Assembly (NCBI GenBank): GCA_013154305.1
Contig: JAADCT010000005.1
Location: 1 to 48,234 of the forward strand
DNA: 48,234 nucleotides
Direction of reading: 5' to 3'
From: Aquificota bacterium
GTDB lineage: Bacteria; Aquificota; Aquificia; Aquificales; QOAS01
Part shown: in pieces, positions 37,779 to 45,836 of the stretch
Layout: every line of letters begins with the position of its first letter
How positions within the stretch are numbered: position 1 is the first letter of the stretch
Position numbers and translations under genes: made by a program
Notes under the pieces: model-generated
Database searches by the model: none
Told to the model about the DNA's origin: nothing
The model's input: only the letters and a program-made list of their open reading frames with translations

Positions 37779-40418
37779 CTACTCGAGGTCGAGAACAAAC
37801 GGGTCTATAACGAAAAGTTTTTTGCCGGTGAAAACGAGAGCGTCGGTTCCCGGCAGCTTAAAGACTTCGCCGTAAGTAAAAACGGGCCTGAACCTTCCCA
37901 ATTCCTTCGGATTTTTCGGGTCCGACAGGTCCCAAAGCTCCCAAAAGTAACCCGCATAGGGGTGGTAGTCGGCCAGAACCATTTTCCCGTTGGCGGTCAG
38001 AAAAACGTCCGGCCCATCATGGGTAACGAAAGTGCTCAAAAACCTCGGCCTGAGGGGGTCGGAAACGTCCAAAATAATTCCTTCGTTGTAAGATACGGCC
38101 GCCAAAAGGCCGCCGGGGCCGACGTCGAAGGAGTCCACCGAAAAGCTTTCGACGTTGAAGGGAACGCTTTCGGCGGCTTCGCACCCGCAAAGGCAACCGT
38201 CCCCGGTTTTTAAAACTTTCTCCCCTTTTTGGACCGACAGCTTCCTTTTAAGAAGCTCCAAGAGGTCGCCCGCAACCTTTACCGACGAAGGGTCGGCGGT
38301 CTCCAGCACCAACAGCTTTTCGTCCACCGCTAAAAACGCGTGGGCGCCGTCGGGGGTAAACTTCGGTCCTTCGACCTCGGTTGCGTTTTCAAAGCGCAAA
38401 GTTTTAAACTCGGCGGGGAGACCCCTTTCGTTTAAACCGATTGAGCGGACGAAAACGGCACCTTCCGTCTCGACCAGAACCAGGGCAAAGTTTTTTTCGT
38501 AGTTTGCCCGGAGGGCGACCACTTTTCCTTCGGAAAACCGGAGGATGCCCAGCGGCCGGAGGGCCTTCGGGTCGGCGGCGTCGTAAACGGCCACCGCGTT
38601 CCCGTTTTTAACGAAAAGCAAGCCCTTGGAAGCCGCCAGCTCAAAGAACTTCCTACCGCCGAAGGCGGTAATCGGCGCTCTTGCGACCGGCTGGAGGGAA
38701 AAGTCGGGTCCGACCTCGTAGACCTTTAAGAGGAGGTTTCCTTCTTCCTCCTCAACTGCGAAAAAGAGATTTCTGCGAGCGTCCAAAGTGTCGCCGTAGT
38801 CGTAGAGGTAAACCGCCCTGACCGCGTGAGGCGTAGAAACGCCCGTAAAGGCCGCCTCCACGGAACCCGGGAAGCTCACCAAAAAGGCCAAGTTTCCTTC
38901 GTGTGAGAATTCGGCCCCGTAGTAATCCCACAAAAGGTCGACGAAAAGTTCCGTTTCCTCCCCGACGCGGAGCAAATTACCGGAGGAGTAAATCAGGTCG
39001 GGGGAACTTTCTATCGGTTTTAAGGGAACGCCGGCAAAGGCGCGTTTGAGGAGCTTCGGCCGGAGCGGGTCGGAGGCGTCGAAAATTCCCAACGCCCCGG
39101 CGTCGGTGCCGGCGTAAAGTCGCCTCCCGTCCGGAGAAAAGACGAGGGAAATGACGGCCCCCTCCAGCGGCAACTTCAACCGTTTTACCGGTTTGAGCGT
39201 TTGGGCGTCGACCGCCAAAAGTTCCTCGCTGCCGTTAATCAGGTAAGCGTATCGGCCGTCCTTGGATAGGACCACCTCGTCGGCCCGTATTGCCTTAACG
39301 AACTTAAACTCCTTATTCTTAAATTCGTAAACGAGGACGCCCGATTCGTCGGCCTCAAGGTAAAGCCTTCCCCTGACGGGGTCGAAGGTTCCGCCCAGTT
39401 GGTAGAGCACGCCCTCGTCGTAAGTGAAGTTAAAGCGAAGAGCGCCGAGCGGCTTCGGATTGGTCGGGTCGGAAACGTCGAGCGCGTAAACCAGGTCCTC
39501 GCGCAATTTTTTATCCCATTCCCAGGTGCAGGAATTTCTCAAAAAGACGAGCCTGCCGTCGGGTGAAGAAACGATAAAGCTGGCGGAGTTGTAATGGCAT
39601 TCGCCCGTTTCGGGGTCCAGCGCCGGCGGTTGCCACGAGGACAAAAGGGACAGACTTCCGTTGCGGCTGTATTCGTAGACGAGAAACTCGTAGCCGAAGG
39701 CAAAAAGTAAGGGTTTTCCGGGCACCTTTTTAATGGTGCCGAAAACGCCACCGGCCCGGCCCACCTCTCCGAGTTTAAAGGGACCGCGGTCGAGAATTTC
39801 GCCCTCCAAAACCTTTTCCAAAACCCTCTCGTAAGCGGGCGGAACGCCGCTTTTGAGCTTTTCCCGGTCGCGACGCGCGTCGAAAGTGAGGGCGTCCTTC
39901 AGGTCCACTTTACCGTCGCCGTCGACGTCGTCGAGCCACCGGCCGAGGAGCCAATTACTTTCTTTTTCAAACCTCTCGGGGTCAAAACCGTACTTTACCA
40001 ACTTGGCGGTGCCCTCGAAGAGAAGCTCCGTCAGGGGCGACACCCTTACTTCCCCCTTCAGGTCCCTAACCGTTTTTCCCCACGCGAAGGCGTGGAAGGT
40101 GCCTTTTATCCTCCTGCAGTAGTTTTCGCCGGAGGGATTGCGATAACAACCGCCCTCGACCGCGTAAAGGTAAAGTTTTGAGGGCCGAAGTTCCTCCGCG
40201 TGGGGGTCAAAGCGGCCGAGGAACCCGGGAAGGTCCCCCGTTTTTTCGACCCACCGCAGGAGCAAGCCGCCGTTTTCCGAAACCTCGTAAATCTTTACCG
40301 TGGCGTTGGCAACGCCGGGAACCTCGGCCGGCGGAAGGGCGGACGGAAGCCGAACCCCCAGCGAGAAGACGCCCAATCCCAAAAGGGCGAAAAACGCCCC
40401 GATTGCCCAACCGGTCAT
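37779..40418 (-). CDS. Large secreted or anchored LVIVD-repeat beta-propeller protein
   Basis: N-terminal hydrophobic signal or anchor, followed by six spaced D(V/A/L)SDP..(N/R)PK..G-type motifs: ALDVSDPTNPKPLG, IFDASDPLRPKLL, VYDAADPKALRPLG, LETADPSSVKVAG, ILDVSDPLRPRFLS and LWDLSDPKNPKELG. It also has a D-x-D-x-DG loop (DDVDGDGKVDLKD). Confidence 0.72.
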   Translation of the reverse strand: MTGWAIGAFFALLGLGVFSLGVRLPSALPPAEVPGVANATVKIYEVSENGGLLLRWVEKTGDLPGFLGRFDPHAEELRPSKLYLYAVEGGCYRNPSGENYCRRIKGTFHAFAWGKTVRDLKGEVRVSPLTELLFEGTAKLVKYGFDPERFEKESNWLLGRWLDDVDGDGKVDLKDALTFDARRDREKLKSGVPPAYERVLEKVLEGEILDRGPFKLGEVGRAGGVFGTIKKVPGKPLLFAFGYEFLVYEYSRNGSLSLLSSWQPPALDPETGECHYNSASFIVSSPDGRLVFLRNSCTWEWDKKLREDLVYALDVSDPTNPKPLGALRFNFTYDEGVLYQLGGTFDPVRGRLYLEADESGVLVYEFKNKEFKFVKAIRADEVVLSKDGRYAYLINGSEELLAVDAQTLKPVKRLKLPLEGAVISLVFSPDGRRLYAGTDAGALGIFDASDPLRPKLLKRAFAGVPLKPIESSPDLIYSSGNLLRVGEETELFVDLLWDYYGAEFSHEGNLAFLVSFPGSVEAAFTGVSTPHAVRAVYLYDYGDTLDARRNLFFAVEEEEGNLLLKVYEVGPDFSLQPVARAPITAFGGRKFFELAASKGLLFVKNGNAVAVYDAADPKALRPLGILRFSEGKVVALRANYEKNFALVLVETEGAVFVRSIGLNERGLPAEFKTLRFENATEVEGPKFTPDGAHAFLAVDEKLLVLETADPSSVKVAGDLLELLKRKLSVQKGEKVLKTGDGCLCGCEAAESVPFNVESFSVDSFDVGPGGLLAAVSYNEGIILDVSDPLRPRFLSTFVTHDGPDVFLTANGKMVLADYHPYAGYFWELWDLSDPKNPKELGRFRPVFTYGEVFKLPGTDALVFTGKKLFVIDPFVLDLE

Positions 40419-40426
40419 GTCCTCCG

Positions 40427-41599
40427 TTAAAAGTTTTTAACGAATTCCAGGTACTTTTTGAACCGCTCCTTAACCTCCTCCATGAAGTCGCCGCCGAGCT
40501 TTTCCAAAAGGGCGTCGGCCAAAACTATCGCCAGCATCGCCTCGGCCACCACCGAGGCGGCGGGGACCGCCGTCACGTCGGAGCGCTCCTTCATGGCCTT
40601 AACCTCTTCCTTGGTCTCAACATCCACGCTTCTCAGCGGCGACATCAGCGTCGGAATAGGCTTCATCGCGATGCGGACGACTATCGGTTCGCCGTTCGTT
40701 ATGCCGCCCTCGAGACCCCCCATGTTGTTCGAATACCTGAAAAATCCCCTGTCGGGACTGTAGCCAATTTCGTCCATAACCCGGCTTCCCGGCAGGTAGG
40801 CGGTTCCGAAACCGGCGCCGATTTCCACGCCCTTTATGGCCTGTATCGACATCATCGCCTGCGCTATGCGGCCGTCGAGACGCCGGTCCCACTGAACGTG
40901 GCTCCCCAGCCCCGGCGGGACGCCGAGGGCAAAAACCTCGATAACCCCGCCGAGGGTCTCCCCCTTTTCCTTCGTCTCGTCGATTAGCCTCTTTACCAGA
41001 GGGTCCTCGAGGGGGTTGGGAATTCGAACCTCCGATTGTTCGGCCTTGAGGTGCCGACTCCAAAGGTCGACGGGCATCTCCCTGACCTTGTAGCCGCCCA
41101 AAACCTTTACGTAGCTTCCGACTTTTATGCCGAATTCGGACAAAAACTTCTTGCAGAGGGCGCCTACGGCGACGCGGGCGGCCGTCTCCCGCGCCGAGCT
41201 CCTCTCCAAAACGTTTCTCAGGTCGCGCTGGTTGTACTTAATGCCGCCGGCGAGGTCGGCGTGGCCCGGCCGCGGCCGCGTAAAGGGTTTGTAGCCCTCC
41301 GGGGGTTGGCCCTCGGCCTTCATCCTCTCCTTCCAGTTTTCGAAGTCGCGGTTCCAAATAACCATCGCAATCGGCGAACCTATCGTCCGACCGAAGCGGA
41401 CTCCCGAAATAAACTCGACGCGGTCCCTTTCTATCTTCATCCGTCCGCCGCGGCCGTAGCCCTTTTGGCGGCGCGCCAGCTCTCGGTTTACGTCGTCGGC
41501 CGAAACCTCAAGGTTGGCCGGAAGGCCCTCCAAAATCGCCACCAAACCCTTGCCGTGGCTCTCGCCGGCGGTTAAAAAGCGCAAAACCCGCAGGGACAT
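40427..41599 (-). CDS. aroC: Chorismate synthase
   Basis: [37 protein letters not shown] and the family-typical C-terminus. Confidence 0.96.
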   Translation of the reverse strand: MSLRVLRFLTAGESHGKGLVAILEGLPANLEVSADDVNRELARRQKGYGRGGRMKIERDRVEFISGVRFGRTIGSPIAMVIWNRDFENWKERMKAEGQPPEGYKPFTRPRPGHADLAGGIKYNQRDLRNVLERSSARETAARVAVGALCKKFLSEFGIKVGSYVKVLGGYKVREMPVDLWSRHLKAEQSEVRIPNPLEDPLVKRLIDETKEKGETLGGVIEVFALGVPPGLGSHVQWDRRLDGRIAQAMMSIQAIKGVEIGAGFGTAYLPGSRVMDEIGYSPDRGFFRYSNNMGGLEGGITNGEPIVVRIAMKPIPTLMSPLRSVDVETKEEVKAMKERSDVTAVPAASVVAEAMLAIVLADALLEKLGGDFMEEVKERFKKYLEFVKNF

Positions 41600-41627
41600 C
41601 GAGACCTTTAAATTTTAAGGTGTTAAA

Positions 41628-42230
41628 ATGCACGCCTACCTGCTGGCCGGCGGCCGCTCGCGCCGAATGGGCTTCGACAAGGCCCTCCTCCCTTTTGGAG
41701 GAAAACCGCTGATTTTGCACCTTTACCGGTTTCTTTCAAACTTTCTGCCCACCTTCGTCGTTACCAAGGAGGAGAAGGCGGACTCCTACCGGTCGCTCGG
41801 AATAGAAAACCTGATAACGGACGGGTTTGAGGTTCAAAGTCCGTTGGCGGGAATCGTTACGGGTTTGAGGCACTCGCCCTTTGAGAAAAACCTCTTTTTC
41901 GCCGTCGACCTTCCCCTCCTTTGTCCCCGCCTGGTGGAGTTTTTGAAAGGCAGACCGCCGAAGGGGAAGGTCTTCGGAATCGTTCCCGAGGTGGGGGGAA
42001 AGCTCCACTTTACCGCGGCGGTCTACCTTAAGTCCTTTTTACCCGCCGCCGAGAAGGCCCTTTCGGAAAACCGCCTCTCCTTGAAGCAGTTTCTCGACCG
42101 ATTTGAGGTCGTAAGGGAAGGGGAGCTCCTGAGGGAGGGGATAAAACCGGAGTGTCTTCTTAACCTCAACCGGCCCGAGGACCTGCGACGGCTGGAGGAG
42201 TTTCAGAGGGCGCGGTGGGCCTCCTCGTAA
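41628..42230 (+). CDS. mobA: Molybdenum cofactor guanylyltransferase (MobA-like NTP transferase)
   Basis: LLAGGRSRRMGFDKALLPFGGKPLI is the N-terminal signature. The length is about 200 aa. Confidence 0.8.
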   Translation: MHAYLLAGGRSRRMGFDKALLPFGGKPLILHLYRFLSNFLPTFVVTKEEKADSYRSLGIENLITDGFEVQSPLAGIVTGLRHSPFEKNLFFAVDLPLLCPRLVEFLKGRPPKGKVFGIVPEVGGKLHFTAAVYLKSFLPAAEKALSENRLSLKQFLDRFEVVREGELLREGIKPECLLNLNRPEDLRRLEEFQRARWASS

Positions 42231-42847
42231 AGGCCGGCCCTCTCCAGGTGGCAGGTCACGTTCAGCTTGTGGAGGGTGGTTCGGTCCTCTTCGAACTTCA
42301 CTATCGAATAGGAGGCGTTGTCGCAGCCGAAACTCCAAAAGTATTCTATCGGCAGGCCGAGGGCGGCGCAGTAAAGGGCCCGTATGGGAACCGTGTGGGA
42401 GACGACGGCGACGGTTTGTCCCTCGTGCTTTTTCTTCACCTCCTCGAGGAATTCTTTCACCCTCTCGTAGACCTTTTGGAGGTTTTCGCCGCCGGGAAAG
42501 TCGACCTTCCAAGGTTCCCTAATCCAGGTTTCAAACATTTGGGGGTATTCCCTTTTTACCTCCTCGACCAGTTTTCCGCTCCAAACCCCGTGGTCGATTT
42601 CCACCACCCTCTCGTCCTCGACGAGCGGAACGCCCAAAACGCGGGCCAAAACCTCCGCCGTTCTTTTGGTCCTGAGAAGAGGCGAGGTGTATATCAGCTC
42701 GATACCTTTGTCCTTCAGCTCCTCGGCCAGCAGGAGGGCCTGCTTTTTTCCCCTCTCCGAGAGGTCGGGATTCAAAAGTCCCTGATAGCGGCCTATCGGG
42801 TTCCACTCGCTTTCGGCGTGGCGGATAACAAAGAGCGTACAACCCAT
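42203..42847 (-). CDS. Histidine phosphatase family protein (phosphoglycerate mutase/alpha-ribazole phosphatase-like)
   Basis: The RHG motif FVIRHAESEWN, SERGKKQA and a downstream VSH catalytic histidine. Confidence 0.85.
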   Translation of the reverse strand: MGCTLFVIRHAESEWNPIGRYQGLLNPDLSERGKKQALLLAEELKDKGIELIYTSPLLRTKRTAEVLARVLGVPLVEDERVVEIDHGVWSGKLVEEVKREYPQMFETWIREPWKVDFPGGENLQKVYERVKEFLEEVKKKHEGQTVAVVSHTVPIRALYCAALGLPIEYFWSFGCDNASYSIVKFEEDRTTLHKLNVTCHLERAGLYEEAHRAL

Positions 42848-42948
42848 TAAGGGATTTAAGAATATTTAACCGCCCGCGGTAGGTCGGTCCTTTCTCCCCG
42901 TTTGCGCTAAGACCTCCGACCCTCCGATGGGACGAAAATAACTTCACT

Positions 42949-44301
42949 ATGAAAAAGGCGTACGAAAAACCGGTCATCAATCGAATAAACGTCGGGGTGG
43001 CCAACAAGCTGAGCGGCAAGGCTTACTTCTCCCGGAGGGTTCGGACCGAAATCGACGGCGTTCCCGTGGAGGAGCTGGTCGCGCGCTTCGGCTCTCCCCT
43101 TTTCGTCTTTTCCGAGCGGAAGCTCCGCCAGCAGTTCAGACGCTTTCGGCAGGCCTTCGAAACCCGCTATCCCAACGTCGAATTTACCTGGTCTTACAAA
43201 ACCAACTATCTAAAGGCCATATGCGCCGTATTGCACCAAGAGGGTGAAACGGCCGAGGTGGTTTCCGAATTCGAGTACGAAAAGGCCCGCCGGCTCGGCA
43301 TTCCCGGAAGTCAAATAGTCTTTAACGGTCCCTACAAACCCAAGGAGGCCCTGAGGACCGCAATTTTGGAGGGCGCCCGAATTAACGCCGACACCTTCGA
43401 GGAGCTCGCCGACATCGAGGAGGTTGCAAAGGAGCTGGGCCAAAAGGTCAAAATCGGCATCCGCATAAACATGGACACCGGCATTCAACCCCAGTGGAGC
43501 CGATTCGGATTTAACCTCGAAAGCGGGCAGGCCGAGGACGCCGTCAAACGCATAGCCGCCAGCGAGTGGCTGGAGCTAAACGGCCTCCACTGCCACATGG
43601 GCACCTTCATCCTCGAACCGAAGGCCTACGAAAACGAGGTCCGAAAAATGGTCTCCTTCGCCTACCTGGTTGAGGACAAGTACGGCTTTAAGATTGAATA
43701 CCTCGACATAGGGGGCGGTTTCCCCTCCAAAAATCGGTTAAAGGGCGTGTACCTTCCGCCGGAGGTGGCCGTTCCCGACATTGAAGAATACGCCGAGCGA
43801 ATCACCACCGCCCTTCTCGAAAGCCTTAGGCCCGGCGACTTTCCCAAGCTGATAATAGAGGCCGGACGGGCCATAGTCGACGAGGCCGGCTACTGCATTA
43901 CGACCGTTTACGCCACCAAGCGTTTGCCCAACGGCCTCAAGGGCTACATATTGGACGCCGGCGTCAACATCCTCTTTACCGCCTTCTGGTACAACTTCAA
44001 GGTGGAGGTCGACCGGCCCGTCAGCGGGGCCCCCGAACCGAGCGTTCTCTACGGCCCCCTTTGCATGAACATCGACGTTATCAACGACCTCGAATACCTG
44101 CCTCCGCTGCCGCGGGGAACGCGCCTGATTCTGTCGCCCGTCGGCGCCTACAACGTCACCCAGTGGATGCAGTTTATCCGCTACCGCCCCAACGTGGTTT
44201 TGATAGACACCGAGGGGAAGGTGCACCTGATAAGGGAGGCGGAAAACATAGAGGACGTCGAAAGGAGGGAGCGCCTTCCCGAACACCTAAGACTGGTCTG
44301 A
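42949..44301 (+). CDS. Type III PLP-dependent decarboxylase (Orn/DAP/Arg decarboxylase family 2)
   Basis: FGSPLFVFSE, the PLP-lysine context WSYKTNY, HCHMGT, the Gly-rich YLDIGGGFP and the C-terminal beta-domain motif PLCMNID...GAY. I cannot assign the substrate by eye. Confidence 0.82.
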   Translation: MKKAYEKPVINRINVGVANKLSGKAYFSRRVRTEIDGVPVEELVARFGSPLFVFSERKLRQQFRRFRQAFETRYPNVEFTWSYKTNYLKAICAVLHQEGETAEVVSEFEYEKARRLGIPGSQIVFNGPYKPKEALRTAILEGARINADTFEELADIEEVAKELGQKVKIGIRINMDTGIQPQWSRFGFNLESGQAEDAVKRIAASEWLELNGLHCHMGTFILEPKAYENEVRKMVSFAYLVEDKYGFKIEYLDIGGGFPSKNRLKGVYLPPEVAVPDIEEYAERITTALLESLRPGDFPKLIIEAGRAIVDEAGYCITTVYATKRLPNGLKGYILDAGVNILFTAFWYNFKVEVDRPVSGAPEPSVLYGPLCMNIDVINDLEYLPPLPRGTRLILSPVGAYNVTQWMQFIRYRPNVVLIDTEGKVHLIREAENIEDVERRERLPEHLRLV

Positions 44302-44961
44302 AGGTTCCCCTTTCGAACCCTCTTCGGTTTCCTTTTCCCCTTCTTCCTCCAGCAGTCGGAGGTACTTTTTGGCCGTCACGTTTTCCGGGTCCAAAATCAA
44401 AACGTCCCTAAAAAGGTTTTCGGCCTCCTCCTTTTTCCCCGTCAGGTAGTAGCCCTCGGCCAGGTAGACCAAAAAGGGAACCGAGGTAGGATAGAGGGCC
44501 AACATCTTTTTGGCCACCGCCATCATCAGGTCGTACTTCTTTTGTTCCCTCAGCGCCTGGCACAGCCTCAGGTTTCCGTAGTAGTTGTAGTAATCGACGG
44601 CCAAAACTCGGTACATTAAACTCTCGACCTCGTTCCACTTCTGCTGGGCCGAAAGGGGAAGCGAAAGCCCCAGCTTAGCCTCCGCCGAGGAAGGTACGGC
44701 CTTTACCGCCTTCCGGTAGTGAAATTCCGAATTCTTGTACTTTCCCCAAAGGTAGTAGAGCCAGCCCAACCTCAGGTTTACGGTGTAGCCCTCCGGATAG
44801 GCTTCGTATACCGGCATTAAAACCCTTATGGCGTTCTTGTAGTCGCCGAGCCTCTCGTAAAGGTAAGACTTTTCGTAGGCCCTCTTAATCTCCTCGTAAG
44901 AGAGGGAGAAGGAAACCAGGGCCAGGACTAAAACCGCAATTGTGGAAACTATCTTTCCCAT
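44287..44961 (-). CDS. TPR-repeat protein, exported
   Basis: Signal or anchor MGKIVSTIAVLVLALVSFS followed by several 34-aa TPR-like units (Y..A..Y..A...P pattern). Confidence 0.72.
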   Translation of the reverse strand: MGKIVSTIAVLVLALVSFSLSYEEIKRAYEKSYLYERLGDYKNAIRVLMPVYEAYPEGYTVNLRLGWLYYLWGKYKNSEFHYRKAVKAVPSSAEAKLGLSLPLSAQQKWNEVESLMYRVLAVDYYNYYGNLRLCQALREQKKYDLMMAVAKKMLALYPTSVPFLVYLAEGYYLTGKKEEAENLFRDVLILDPENVTAKKYLRLLEEEGEKETEEGSKGEPSDQS

Positions 44962-44966
44962 TAGTT

Positions 44967-45830
44967 TTAGAAACTGTAGCCAATCGAGGCGGTGATGGAG
45001 AAAACTCCAACGTCGTTTTTAGTCGAAATTTCCTTGTACAGTTGGTAACCGGCCGAAAGACCGAAGGTCAGGTTCTTTTTGTAAAAGAGCTTACCTTCGA
45101 GGGCCACCCCTCCCTTGTACTTTTCCTCCAGGTTGTAGACTACAAAGCCGCCCTTGTCCACCATCAGGGTCCTTTCGCCGACCCAACCGGAGGCGGTAAT
45201 CGAATAGTATCCGGTGAAGTAGGTCACCGAAGCACCGGCCGAATAGTAGTTTTTCTTCGTTATTCCGATGTTTTGCGGATTTTTTACGTTGATGTAGGTA
45301 AGGTCGGCGCCAAAGTAAAAGCCGCTGTAAAAGTCCTTCCAGCGGTAAAAGCCGGCGTGGGGTCTAAGTTGCAGGGCGGCCACGCCCCTGCGGTAGTCGC
45401 TGTAGGAAACGAAGGTTCCAAAGTCGTACTTAAACTTTTGAACCAAACCCACGTCGCCGAAAAAGACCTTTCCCCCGTCGGAATAGTGGTCGTTGTCGGT
45501 CGCAATGTAGTAGGCGCCAAGCCTGAAGTAAAGCGGATAGAGCCCGTAGCCGGTGTAGGCGACGGCGTAGTCGTTCTCGTTCCAGTTGGAGGCGTTTCCC
45601 TTAAACTTTATCCGCGTGTAGCCGTAAAGGCCCTCGACCACGTGCTCGCCGTAGTTTATCGACGCCGAACCGTACAGGGCGAAGTTGGCACCCGTATCCT
45701 TTACGTCGCTGCCCGAATAAAAGATGCCGGTAAAGTAGGGTGCGACGAAAAACTTTACGGGTGCGGCGGTTGCCGGCAGCGCCAATGCCAAAACCGGTAA
45801 AGCCCTTCTGAAAGCCATTACAGTTTTCAT
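44967..45830 (-). CDS. Outer-membrane beta-barrel protein
   Basis: Signal peptide (ALPVLALALPATAAP), alternating aromatic/Gly-rich beta-strand pattern and a C-terminal aromatic residue (..SIGYSF). It lies 5 nt upstream of the TPR gene. Confidence 0.62.
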   Translation of the reverse strand: MKTVMAFRRALPVLALALPATAAPVKFFVAPYFTGIFYSGSDVKDTGANFALYGSASINYGEHVVEGLYGYTRIKFKGNASNWNENDYAVAYTGYGLYPLYFRLGAYYIATDNDHYSDGGKVFFGDVGLVQKFKYDFGTFVSYSDYRRGVAALQLRPHAGFYRWKDFYSGFYFGADLTYINVKNPQNIGITKKNYYSAGASVTYFTGYYSITASGWVGERTLMVDKGGFVVYNLEEKYKGGVALEGKLFYKKNLTFGLSAGYQLYKEISTKNDVGVFSITASIGYSF

Positions 45831-45836
45831 TATTTA

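Noticed and set aside
42848-42948. The 101-nt gap upstream of the PLP decarboxylase might be a riboswitch
   Set aside because: It has only a 6-bp GGTCGG/CCGACC pairing and no recognisable riboswitch consensus. It is too short and too weakly structured to support the call without covariation data.
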